51,591 bases of DNA, from the NCBI GenBank assembly GCA_028748925.1, contig JAQTPE010000002.1, positions 1 to 51,591 on the forward strand, read 5' to 3'. The position numbers were made by a program, and so were the translations under genes. Positions 1 through 8,883 of this stretch are shown here, in pieces. The notes under the pieces are model-generated. The model made no database searches. It saw only the letters and a program-made list of their open reading frames with translations, and was not told the DNA's origin. How positions within the stretch are numbered: position 1 is the stretch's first letter; the number at the start of each line of letters is the position of its first letter. This DNA comes from Candidatus Omnitrophota bacterium. Lineage in GTDB: Bacteria > Omnitrophota > Gorgyraeia > 2-01-FULL-45-10.

Positions 1-227
1 GTGAACCCGTTAATGCACTTAATACTTGCGCCTAAAACAATGCCTCCGGCTTTCTCGATCGGCGTTTTCTTCGACACCAAAGGAGACTCAAGATTAACAA
101 TAGAGAGATCGGCGTCGGTGATCTCCTCTAACAAATCGTGGAATATCTCATCCGCGTCTCCTTTGATAAACGCGTTTTGAACCCTGCCCATCGGACAGAC
201 ATCCCCGCCTATAAGAATACGAATCAT
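1..227 (-). CDS. CapA/PGA_cap-like capsule-synthesis protein, N-terminal fragment (rest lies beyond the left edge)
   Basis: Minus-strand ATG at 227..225, open to position 1. Own translation: MIRILIGGDVCPMGRVQNAFIKGDADEIFHDLLEEITDADLSIVNLESPLVSKKTPIEKAGG... It shows the GGD...NLExP pattern I associate with CapA-type metallophosphoesterase-like proteins. It is truncated, so it is absent from the ORF track. Confidence 0.45.
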   Translation of the reverse strand, partial: MIRILIGGDVCPMGRVQNAFIKGDADEIFHDLLEEITDADLSIVNLESPLVSKKTPIEKAGGIVLGASIKCINGF

Positions 228-229
228 AA

Positions 230-1564
230 CTATCCTTCCATCATATTATTTTGAATATCCTGCCAGGTGACGCTGCCCTCTTTTTTCATTATGGTATAAC
301 CGACAATAACGATAAAAATTATATTCATGATAGCGCTTACCATGGAAAAGAGCATGACGGTATGCAATGCCGATATATACATACCCCCTATAACCAGTAC
401 CAAAATTCTGGCGGCGAGCAAAACCATTTCTAAAAAAAACATCTTCCGTTGTATGCGAATTACCCGCGCAAAGAGAACGGAAGGCAGGTTGCAGAACATG
501 AATATCAGCCATGGTATTAACCACCGGGCGAATTCACCGGCGGTGTGCCATTGAGGTCCAAATATCCATGTAAAGATCCGGGGGGCCCATATAAACAGGA
601 TCAATGCGGGAAAGATGATTAAAGCAAAAAGCCCTGTGGTGATTTTCAAATATAAAGGTAGGAGACGACCGCCAAGATTCTGTTTCTCCGACGCCTTCTG
701 TAAAAGCACTTGTCGAAGCGCTCTTAAGACAAGCCCCATCGGAGCCGATAGGATGCGCATACCGAACGCGTAAGCGCCGGCTATCGCGATTCCATAAAAG
801 TGCATCAATAACAAAACAGGCAAACCTCTGGACAGGGAATTTATGACATTCATGAAAGCAAAATAGACAGGAAAATCCCTGTAATCCTTCGCAAGCTGTT
901 TCATCCTGTCCCATCTAACATGGCGACGGAAGGCCGCCAGGTCACGAAGAACCACCGGAATCAAGTTGAAGCTTGCAACTATATCAGCCAGTACTGTGCC
1001 GATAATAAGCCCTATGGAGCCCTTTTTGAAGCATCCAAAAACAATCTGCGTCCCGTTAGATGACATGCTGCAGATGACCTGCGAGGTTGAAGTTTCCTTG
1101 AATGCCTTTAACCGCACACACCATGCCTGGCATGTCAGGTAAAGACCTCCAAACAATCCTTCCGCGATCAGCAGCGCTAATATCCAGGCATTTGAATTAC
1201 TCACAAGCGCATTAACAAATTTTGGTATCAAAAGGAAAACGGCTAAACAGCAACCGCTTATCATAATTGTAGATATGCACGAAAGTATAAAAAGGTTAAC
1301 GGCGTCTTTCTTTTCCTTCGGTAATATAAGGGCCTGGTCATAACCCAGAGTTACTCCGGCGGTAATAATTAACGAAACCGCGTTAAACGAGCCATAAATA
1401 CCAAAGTCCGATGGGGAATATAAGCGGCTGAGAAAAGGAGCGAACGCAAAATTAATGGCCTGGACCACAACCGTACCCGACATTACAATAAGAACATTTT
1501 TAACGAAAGGGGACGCCTTTAGCTTAACAAAAAAATTATTTACATAAGATTTCAAGATCCGCAT
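230..1564 (-). CDS. Polysaccharide flippase, Wzx-like (MOP-superfamily multi-pass membrane protein)
   Basis: ORF track 230..1573. Very hydrophobic throughout, with many TM-length segments. The N-terminal SPFVKNVLIVMSGTVVVQAINFAFAPFLSRLYSPSDFG resembles O-antigen/EPS flippases. I prefer ATG 1564 (MRILKSY...); the alternative GTG at 1573 overlaps the upstream stop by 1 nt. Confidence 0.7.
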   Translation of the reverse strand: MRILKSYVNNFFVKLKASPFVKNVLIVMSGTVVVQAINFAFAPFLSRLYSPSDFGIYGSFNAVSLIITAGVTLGYDQALILPKEKKDAVNLFILSCISTIMISGCCLAVFLLIPKFVNALVSNSNAWILALLIAEGLFGGLYLTCQAWCVRLKAFKETSTSQVICSMSSNGTQIVFGCFKKGSIGLIIGTVLADIVASFNLIPVVLRDLAAFRRHVRWDRMKQLAKDYRDFPVYFAFMNVINSLSRGLPVLLLMHFYGIAIAGAYAFGMRILSAPMGLVLRALRQVLLQKASEKQNLGGRLLPLYLKITTGLFALIIFPALILFIWAPRIFTWIFGPQWHTAGEFARWLIPWLIFMFCNLPSVLFARVIRIQRKMFFLEMVLLAARILVLVIGGMYISALHTVMLFSMVSAIMNIIFIVIVGYTIMKKEGSVTWQDIQNNMMEG

Positions 1565-1572
1565 AGATAACA

Positions 1573-2484
1573 CTAAAAGTCCCGTTTTTTAACCAATTCG
1601 ATCCCCATCATAGCGAGCAACCGGCTCAGATGGTGGCCTCCCCTGATAAGGCAATTCATCATAACGTGATCTCCTAAACACAAACAGACAGGAAAGATTA
1701 CCACATAAATCGCTAAAGCAACTGTCGACTTCAGGGGCACTGTTATCCTTGACAGTCCGCGCATTTCACTCTTACTGAATCTGCACGCATTGATGCCGTT
1801 AACCAAAGAACGCTTCAAGTAGTATTTTCGCGTCCAACGCTCCGGCGGCACGATCTCATAGACAGGAGCGTCTTCCACAGCGACAAACCTGCAGCCTGCG
1901 CGCATCGCCTGCATAAAAAACTTGCGATCTGACCCGCCTGTTTCAAATCTCACATCAAAAGAGAGATGATGTTTGTCAAAGACTTCTTTTTTGATGAGAA
2001 CATTCCCTGTGCGGGTCTGGTTCCAGCGCAAGATGGTACCGGTACAATATACCGGCCGCTCACAAATCCTGCTCTTCACCAGCCAGGCAGGGGGCTGTGA
2101 TTCGAAAAAAGGACGTATCGGCCCTAAAACTCCGTCAACGTCAAACTTCTTGACACCGCGGTACATCTTTATCAACCAATCTTGCGATGGAAATTCATCA
2201 TCATCAATTATACCTATATAATTGCCTTGGGCAAGCCTCAACGCGTGATTCCTTGCCGCCGGGATAGTCTGTTCCGGCTCGATACCGTAACTGATATTCA
2301 GGCCCAATTCAGGGCCCAAACGCATTACGATCTCCTGGGCGGGACCCGCCGCGTCATTATCCACTACAACGACCGAAAGATCGAAGAGCCCGCCGGTTTC
2401 CTGAAGGGCCAATTTCCTAAGCAGATATTCCAGCGTCTTATTACGGCGATACGTACAAATGCAAACTGAAATATGATCTTTCAT
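1573..2484 (-). CDS. Glycosyltransferase family 2
   Basis: ISVCICTYRRNKTLEYLL...VVVVDNDAAGPA...IGIIDDDEF are classic GT2 (GT-A, DxD) motifs. Start trimmed to ATG 2484 (MKDHISV), just after the upstream stop at 2489. The track's longer start would overlap the neighbour. Confidence 0.8.
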   Translation of the reverse strand: MKDHISVCICTYRRNKTLEYLLRKLALQETGGLFDLSVVVVDNDAAGPAQEIVMRLGPELGLNISYGIEPEQTIPAARNHALRLAQGNYIGIIDDDEFPSQDWLIKMYRGVKKFDVDGVLGPIRPFFESQPPAWLVKSRICERPVYCTGTILRWNQTRTGNVLIKKEVFDKHHLSFDVRFETGGSDRKFFMQAMRAGCRFVAVEDAPVYEIVPPERWTRKYYLKRSLVNGINACRFSKSEMRGLSRITVPLKSTVALAIYVVIFPVCLCLGDHVMMNCLIRGGHHLSRLLAMMGIELVKKRDF

Positions 2485-2488
2485 CGGC

Positions 2489-3490
2489 CTACTTCCACAG
2501 TTTATACTTGTTATATATCTCTTCAAAAGTTGATATTGCGATCCCCTGCTTCTCCAGATAATAGAGAAGCGATTCAACTGTCTTGAGATCGGCCAAATCT
2601 TTAGTGTGCCCTATAGCAACAAGGGGTTTAAATGACGATGGATCGCGTTGATCCTCTTCAATCACCGTATCCACCATGCGTACAAGTTCATTAACGGTCA
2701 TACGGCAGAAATCGAATTTCATCGGGTACCGGAAACGCGCTATATCCTGAAAACGGCACAGCTTTTGTTTAATTGTTTGCGCGCCCGAAAAACCTTTCTG
2801 TTGCAGGATAAAGCGTTTTAAGGTTACCAATTCCCAAAAAGGAACCATTCGCGTATAGATCGGTATCTCAAGCAGAGATCCGTTTTGATCGGGAACATTC
2901 GCGTCATCCCGAAACTTCCAGAAGTATTCATTCTTTGCCGCACGGCGATAATCTAATTTGTGCCAACGCCGTATTCCACCCCGGAATACGGATGAATCGA
3001 TCTTTACGCCTCGTTCAATAAGTATATCCGCCGCATTTCGAGAAGGCTGGAGTAACCATCCTCCCGCGCGAAATGATAGGGGCGTAAAATCCGGGACCGC
3101 AAGCATGGTACGCAAATAGGCTATTGACCCATCTACAATTTCGGCGATCCTTTTTTTTGGCAATGTACATAAATTATATTCGCTATAGTTTAAACACCAT
3201 TTTCCATTGTGATAACTGGCATCGCACCATTGCGGATGAATATGAAGAGCTATTTCGTGCCGTTCCTTATATAATTCCCTGAGCTGCTGTTTGACTTCAC
3301 CGATAGCCGGATCCGCTCCGGAGGCTTCGATCTTTTCCAGCTCAGCGGCCTCGACAAACATGACCGCCTTCATCCCTGTCCGGTCGAGTAACTCCTTCAA
3401 TTTTCTGGCCGGCTCATATACCAGCTGCCTCAGTGAGCCCTTACCGTTTCCGTAAATCTCGTAATCGATAGTAAAGATACATTCTATCAT
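2489..3490 (-). CDS. Polysaccharide deacetylase-like protein (CE4-superfamily-like)
   Basis: FTIDYEIYGNGKGS...EIALHIHPQW...SFRAGGW resembles the divergent polysaccharide-deacetylase-like proteins found in glycan loci. Start set to ATG 3490, which forms an ATGA overlap with the upstream stop at 3487. Confidence 0.5.
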   Translation of the reverse strand: MIECIFTIDYEIYGNGKGSLRQLVYEPARKLKELLDRTGMKAVMFVEAAELEKIEASGADPAIGEVKQQLRELYKERHEIALHIHPQWCDASYHNGKWCLNYSEYNLCTLPKKRIAEIVDGSIAYLRTMLAVPDFTPLSFRAGGWLLQPSRNAADILIERGVKIDSSVFRGGIRRWHKLDYRRAAKNEYFWKFRDDANVPDQNGSLLEIPIYTRMVPFWELVTLKRFILQQKGFSGAQTIKQKLCRFQDIARFRYPMKFDFCRMTVNELVRMVDTVIEEDQRDPSSFKPLVAIGHTKDLADLKTVESLLYYLEKQGIAISTFEEIYNKYKLWK

Positions 3491-4668
3491 TTTGTGATTT
3501 CCGACCATCCTTCATTCAAACATTGAGCAATGCGCTGAATATCCCGCTCCTTTAAGCGGTAATAGCCGGGAATAACCAGCGTTCTCTTTGCGGCTTGCTC
3601 CGCTATAGGACAATCGCCTGTATATCCATAGTGGGCAGTAGCAACATCTACAATGTCCTTGTAGGGTTTTGCGGTATCAATCTGCCGCTTGCGCAGATAA
3701 TTTGCCATTGAATCACGGCATTCCGACGAAGGAAAAACAATAGGGTATAAATAGCGGTTGTAAAATGTGCCGGGCTTTTCGGCACAGAGTATACTTGGGC
3801 CCAACTTCAGAGTGCGTGAATAAAAATCGGCGTGCTCTCTCTGTATCTTGATTACATAATCAAGACGTAACAAACGATCGACGGCTATGGCGAGATCTGA
3901 CCGGTATATTTGGCTTAAGATAATCGGGGATTTGCCGGCGTCATCAACCGTCCTATTGTATATATGCCACAACAGATGACCCGCTACACCATAGAGCGGC
4001 TTACTGCGAAGTATTGATCGCAGATAAGTCATTGCCACATGAACGCATTCGTCCACGCGTCCCGGGGCGGGCATTGCCGCAATCAATCGGTTCAACCGGG
4101 AGCAAATGTCCGCATTATTTGAAAATAACGCTCCGCCTTCACCCGCTGATAAATACTTGCCGGACCGAAAACTGAAAAAGGTTATTGTGCCAAATGATCC
4201 GGCCATCCGGCCATTAAGTCTGCTCCCGAGAGACTGGGCACAGTCTTCTATAATCGGTTTACCCTGCACCGCTTCTTGCAATTTAGGCATATCGCACAAG
4301 TTTCCAAACATGTGAACGGCCAGTACGGCATCGAGCCGAGAACGTTTTGCGAACAGGTCGCCGGCGGAGATGCAGCACGTAGTGGGTTCTATATCGATGA
4401 AACGCGCTTTGCAGCCCGCCATAGTAATTGCTTTAAATACAACGGGACAGCAATAGAGGGGGATTCCTATGCATGCGCCCGGAGGTAATTCGAGCGCTTT
4501 GATAGCGGCTATAAGCGCCACCCGGCCAGATCTTACCGGAATGCAGCCACCGATTCCGTCTATATCAAACAGCTTCTTCCGATTCTTTGGGCCCAACGCA
4601 ACAGTCAGGCCGCGAAAAATATCGCTGAATTTATATTCCCAGCACTCTACAGGCAGAAGACTTAGCAT
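3487..4668 (-). CDS. DegT/DnrJ/EryC1/StrS-family PLP-dependent sugar aminotransferase
   Basis: GACIGIPLYCCPVVFKAITMAGCKARFIDIEP... and FFSFRSGKYLSAGEGGALFSN (PLP-lysine context) match the DegT family layout. Confidence 0.8.
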   Translation of the reverse strand: MLSLLPVECWEYKFSDIFRGLTVALGPKNRKKLFDIDGIGGCIPVRSGRVALIAAIKALELPPGACIGIPLYCCPVVFKAITMAGCKARFIDIEPTTCCISAGDLFAKRSRLDAVLAVHMFGNLCDMPKLQEAVQGKPIIEDCAQSLGSRLNGRMAGSFGTITFFSFRSGKYLSAGEGGALFSNNADICSRLNRLIAAMPAPGRVDECVHVAMTYLRSILRSKPLYGVAGHLLWHIYNRTVDDAGKSPIILSQIYRSDLAIAVDRLLRLDYVIKIQREHADFYSRTLKLGPSILCAEKPGTFYNRYLYPIVFPSSECRDSMANYLRKRQIDTAKPYKDIVDVATAHYGYTGDCPIAEQAAKRTLVIPGYYRLKERDIQRIAQCLNEGWSEITK

Positions 4669-5651
4669 AATAAACTCTCTGGAGTTTTCATTTTATGAGA
4701 TTCCTGATCGACAACATCTCCTCCGGTGCGCAAGCGGGCCGCCAGACAATAAAAACTATATTTCAACGGATGAATAGGATATTTCCACATGTACCCTAGT
4801 ATAAGATTTGATCCAAAATGCCTCTTAAATAAATTAATCCCGTCCTGCCTGGACCCTTTCTCAGGGTCAATTCTCGCTCCTACAAAATCAAAACTTTTAA
4901 CTCCGAGCTTTTTAAACAAACGTATTGCTTCCCAGTAGAGCAATTTGTTTACGCCTTGACGCTGGTTTGCAATGTTCCCGGCGTAAACAGCATAAACGCA
5001 ATAGTCGCTGAAAGCAAAAATAATCGAGCTCTCGGCGACGCCATTGTAACCGGCAACCATAATCCTGCCGTTTTCGCCAAGCCCCAGCATGTAACGCTTA
5101 AAAGATTCGTAGCTCATAAATGGCATTTTTGATCTTTTAAATGTACCCCGTATAAGCATATATGCCTCATCAAGATGCTCTATTCCGCCTCGGATGCTTA
5201 CACCTTTCCTTATTGCAGTATTGATATCCTGGCGCATTGTTGTATTAATATTCCGCCAGAGCACATCTTCAGGCTGTGATAAATCGATACGGTAACTGCC
5301 ATATGGAGCCGCAATAGCTCCATCCGGATAAGTTCGAAAAATCGTATTGGTAGTTGCCGGGATAATCATATCCGCCCCAATCGAGCGAAAATATTCAATG
5401 GCGCTATTTAAAAAATTCTTTTCTTCCTGAATATCAAGCTCTCCCCCCACAGGAATGGTCTCAACCCGAAAACGGACCATGCGAAAAATCGCCTTTCGAA
5501 TAACCGTATAAGGCAAGATACAGCGAAGTTTTCCCGAATCATCGATACCGCCGATCCAGCCATATTCATCGCCAACCGCTTTCAGAAATGATTCTGAAGC
5601 GAAGACCGGCAGCCCGGAATTCCAGTTTATAGGAATTGACATCGCTTTCAT
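4662..5651 (-). CDS. FemAB-like / GNAT-fold (Acetyltransf_6-like) transferase
   Basis: LWRNINTTMRQDINTAIRKGVSIRGG...YAVYAGNIANQRQGVNKLLYWEAIRLFKKLGVKSFDFVG...INLFKRHFG resembles FemX/FemAB-type peptidyl or aminoacyl transferases. The track ORF (to 5840) overlaps the upstream GT2 out of frame. I trimmed it to ATG 5651 (MKAMSIP), giving an ATGA overlap with the stop at 5648. Confidence 0.6.
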   Translation of the reverse strand: MKAMSIPINWNSGLPVFASESFLKAVGDEYGWIGGIDDSGKLRCILPYTVIRKAIFRMVRFRVETIPVGGELDIQEEKNFLNSAIEYFRSIGADMIIPATTNTIFRTYPDGAIAAPYGSYRIDLSQPEDVLWRNINTTMRQDINTAIRKGVSIRGGIEHLDEAYMLIRGTFKRSKMPFMSYESFKRYMLGLGENGRIMVAGYNGVAESSIIFAFSDYCVYAVYAGNIANQRQGVNKLLYWEAIRLFKKLGVKSFDFVGARIDPEKGSRQDGINLFKRHFGSNLILGYMWKYPIHPLKYSFYCLAARLRTGGDVVDQESHKMKTPESLLC

Positions 5652-6517
5652 GGCAACGATCTTATGAAATATTCTTTTAGCCACCGCATCTGTTCTTTCC
5701 TTCTGAATCGCACAAATTCTCTTGAAACAGGTATTTTCGCACGGGTCAGCATTGCCCAAAAGTAGCCCGCTAAAAACATACTCCCTTTTAAAATAAAGGG
5801 CTTTCTGCTCATTTGATAAATTGACCTCAACAATTGCCAAACCGGGTGCGATCCCATGATATAATTAAGATAACCCATCCTAAAAGCGGATTTTATGGGG
5901 TGATTATACGCCGACCCCATCAGACGATTATGAATATAAGTTTTATCTGTAAAAGTTTCGGTCTTCCATCCTTTCATTCTTGCGGTCACAACCGCGACAA
6001 GATCTATGGAGCCTTTTTCGAGAGGAATATACCCTCCTATAGATTCAAAACACTCCCGCCTGAATAGCTGGCATTGCCCGGAAACGTGTTCTTTCCTGCT
6101 GAAACGATAGTCATACTGTACCCCATTCTCAATAAAAGGAGTTCCGCCGACGCCTAATTTAGGATCCGACTCGAATTTCTTCAATAAAAAACTAAAATAT
6201 TCCGGATCGAACGATGTATCCGCGTCCAGGTTGCCTATAATATCATACTCGAGATTTCGCACTCTTTCATATCCTGCGTTGAACGCATGCGCCTTGCCCG
6301 CGAAATGCCTCCGGGCGCGTTCCGGCATCCGCATCAGCTCGATCCACGGATACTCTTTTAGGTACTTTTTCACTATGTCATCGGTATGATCCGTCGAACC
6401 ATCGCTGACGATCACCCATCTCACGGGTAAAACAGTCTGCCCGCTCACGGATTTTATCGTCTTTTCTATAAAAGTCTCTTCATCACGCGCCGGTGTGATG
6501 AGAATATACTTATACAT
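5648..6517 (-). CDS. Glycosyltransferase family 2
   Basis: ILITPARDEETFIEKTIKSVSGQTVLPVRWVIVSDGSTDHTDDIV and NLDADTSF (DxD) are GT2 hallmarks. Confidence 0.8.
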   Translation of the reverse strand: MYKYILITPARDEETFIEKTIKSVSGQTVLPVRWVIVSDGSTDHTDDIVKKYLKEYPWIELMRMPERARRHFAGKAHAFNAGYERVRNLEYDIIGNLDADTSFDPEYFSFLLKKFESDPKLGVGGTPFIENGVQYDYRFSRKEHVSGQCQLFRRECFESIGGYIPLEKGSIDLVAVVTARMKGWKTETFTDKTYIHNRLMGSAYNHPIKSAFRMGYLNYIMGSHPVWQLLRSIYQMSRKPFILKGSMFLAGYFWAMLTRAKIPVSREFVRFRRKEQMRWLKEYFIRSLP

Positions 6518-6538
6518 CTTTACCTCAATGTCTCGTAT

Positions 6539-7612
6539 TCAATGTTTGTCGAGATTCAAGTCTGCCATCTTCATTCCCATGTCGCTCAGAACACTCCCCG
6601 CTATGGCCTCTGAAATCTTATCTTCCGCTTCGATTCTCACAAGAGCCTCATCCCGTGATATCATCCCCTCACGGATCATTTTACTGAATAGATCCCTTAA
6701 TTCAGTAACGCCCACCGTTGCCTCATACATGAGACGCCTTATATAATCAAGCCTGCAATCAAACCTCCAGGGGGATTGGACTTCCGCGGATTTTTGCCAC
6801 CCAAGGTTATCCGTAATGGTCGTCATAACCTCTTTCTCGTTCCAGCGCAGGTAGTCAAAAAGACGGACTACCTCAATATCTTTGAAACGCCAACGCAGAT
6901 AGGGCGAATTGTGACCGGCGCAGAGATACATCTTCAGAATCATAGCCCATGAGCACTTTGTCAGATATCGCGGGTTTTTTATCAATTCTCCGACGCTTTT
7001 CCCGATGAGCCGCGGCAGAAACGATAGCTTATGATAGTACCTGGCCCCTCCCATCCCGGAACGCTTAAATGAAGCGGTTTCCAGAGGGTTGGTGCCGACA
7101 ACAATTAAAGGTATGCCATAATCACGGGCGATCCGATAAAGGGTCGGCCATATTGTCTTGCAATGCATACATACGATCGGAATCAGGGCCGATGAAGGAT
7201 GATGAGACCATGCCTTAAGCGCTTTTGCGGTGGCTATACGATGGGCATCGTTTGGGAACTCCCAATCATAAAAGTCCACTTTCAATGTACGCACGGACCT
7301 CTGTATGTTTTCACGGGCTTGTCCGGATGTAAATGGGTTCTTGTAATTAACCGCCAGGACCTTCATTTTATAATCATGGGCTACTTTCCAAAGGGTGTAT
7401 GTGCTGTCCCTCCCGCCGCTCACACAAACCATACAATCATACTTGCCTTTCCCGTTCCTGAAACGCTCCAGGATCGCCGCGAGCTTTGCTTCGCCCTCGA
7501 CTTTCATAGGAATATATTTCAGGCAGTAATTACATATACCGTTTCTGTCAAATGTAATGCCGGGCGTCCCGGACGTCAGAATACATTTTTTACAGATTGA
7601 AACAGCTGTCAT
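6539..7612 (-). CDS. N-acetyl sugar amidotransferase (WbuX/PP-loop ATP-pyrophosphatase type)
   Basis: N-terminal Cys-rich CKKCILTSGTPGITFDRNGICNYC followed by the PP-loop CVSGGRDSTY. This is the family that makes acetamidino sugars. Start trimmed to ATG 7612 (MTAVSICKKC), 3 nt after the upstream stop at 7615. Confidence 0.7.
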   Translation of the reverse strand: MTAVSICKKCILTSGTPGITFDRNGICNYCLKYIPMKVEGEAKLAAILERFRNGKGKYDCMVCVSGGRDSTYTLWKVAHDYKMKVLAVNYKNPFTSGQARENIQRSVRTLKVDFYDWEFPNDAHRIATAKALKAWSHHPSSALIPIVCMHCKTIWPTLYRIARDYGIPLIVVGTNPLETASFKRSGMGGARYYHKLSFLPRLIGKSVGELIKNPRYLTKCSWAMILKMYLCAGHNSPYLRWRFKDIEVVRLFDYLRWNEKEVMTTITDNLGWQKSAEVQSPWRFDCRLDYIRRLMYEATVGVTELRDLFSKMIREGMISRDEALVRIEAEDKISEAIAGSVLSDMGMKMADLNLDKH

Positions 7613-7614
7613 AA

Positions 7615-8862
7615 TTAAAAATCTCCTTCTCCCGCCCGCCAGCCTTCTTCCAACACGGTCAATGCAAGCAACATCCAGGCCTGGCCCCACCGTATGTAAG
7701 GAATCTTAATAGTCCACAAAGGGTGTTTTTGATAATAGAAAAATCCGCGGGCATCCCACATATTGGACATCGTCCAGGTTAAAACGGCATTTGCCAGCCG
7801 GAGATTATCTTTATCCAGATCCTTAAGTGTAACGAGCGTAATAATGCTCTGCGCTGCGCTGTGAATATCTATCGGATATAGGCGGTCATGATAATATTTC
7901 GGCGCTCCATCTTTACCGAAAAAATGTTGCCTATAGAAATCGAGTCCGCGCCTGACATGCGGTTCGAACTCCGACGTTCCGGCATCGCAGCCGATGCTAT
8001 ATAAAGCGTGAAGGTTGAGTCCGGTATGGAAATTGTCGATCCATCTCTGAGAGAGGACATCCCATTCTCCATAATCCCAGGAGCCAACATCATGTTGTCT
8101 CTTCGCCGAGAACCGCGCGGCTTTAAGAGCATACGATAACATTACCTTATTCCCGGTCTTGCGGGCAACGCGTGAAAGAAGCGCCGCGCCGAGAAGGCTC
8201 GCATTGTGAATAGGTATTATTTGTTTTAACTTGTAATCAACGGGCATATAGTTAAAAAACGATTCTGAACTGTTTATCTCCCGGTAAAAACGGTCCTGAA
8301 TAAATTTCGCGGCACGCACCGCCATCTCGAGAAAATAAGTATCGGCGTTATATTCATAGATATCGAGTAATGCGTGCCCGGCAAATGTTGTACAAATAAT
8401 GTTCGGGGTTCCTCGCGGCACAAATCCTGTTAATGCCTGCCAGTCAAAGTTATATCCCCAACCGGCATGGCCATAGCCTGGCGAAGAAAGCTCTACAAGC
8501 CTTTCGGACAGAGTTCTAATGGGTTCATCGTCTTTAAGAAGACCGAGCCTGTAAAGCTTTATAAACGAGATCAAAAAGAGCGCGATACCCTTTGGATTCT
8601 GGGATTTTGGCACAAGAAGCGGCCGCCGAAAATTGACCGGGCTCCTCTTCATCAGCTGGATCACTGCCAAACGAGGATATTTAAAATGCAAAAACCTCAA
8701 TGCTTGAAAGATCCTGCTGTTGAGACCATCATAAGGATCATAACCCGCCCAATTGTTTTTTCTGCAATAATCCAGCAATTTTGGAATAGACCATTGAATC
8801 ATGCGCTCTATTTCGGATTCTGTCTTCATCAAAGATATACGTCCCTTACCACCCCTTACCAC
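7615..8862 (-). CDS. Conserved uncharacterised protein, paralogue 1 (helix-rich; possibly an alpha/alpha-toroid carbohydrate-active fold)
   Basis: 415-aa ORF. It shares colinear motifs with 13101..14288: GYDPYDGL/GYEPFDGL, WGYNFDW/WGKHFDY, WIDNFHTG, PKYYHDRLYPIDI/PKYYHDRAYPIDI, FFYYQ/YFYYRQ, WGQAWM/WGQATM. I recognise no family. The start is uncertain (8862 or ATG 8829). Confidence 0.6.
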   Translation of the reverse strand: MVRGGKGRISLMKTESEIERMIQWSIPKLLDYCRKNNWAGYDPYDGLNSRIFQALRFLHFKYPRLAVIQLMKRSPVNFRRPLLVPKSQNPKGIALFLISFIKLYRLGLLKDDEPIRTLSERLVELSSPGYGHAGWGYNFDWQALTGFVPRGTPNIICTTFAGHALLDIYEYNADTYFLEMAVRAAKFIQDRFYREINSSESFFNYMPVDYKLKQIIPIHNASLLGAALLSRVARKTGNKVMLSYALKAARFSAKRQHDVGSWDYGEWDVLSQRWIDNFHTGLNLHALYSIGCDAGTSEFEPHVRRGLDFYRQHFFGKDGAPKYYHDRLYPIDIHSAAQSIITLVTLKDLDKDNLRLANAVLTWTMSNMWDARGFFYYQKHPLWTIKIPYIRWGQAWMLLALTVLEEGWRAGEGDF

Positions 8863-8883
8863 AATTCTTTAGGGGTAATGACA

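Noticed and set aside
5652-5840. N-terminal 63-aa extension of the FemAB-like ORF (track start 5840). Similar extensions occur at 6539..7690 (start 7690) and 1573..2577 (start 2577).
   Set aside because: The extensions overlap the upstream genes out of frame by 80-190 nt. Internal ATGs give 4-nt ATGA overlaps or gaps of a few nt and start exactly where family homology begins.
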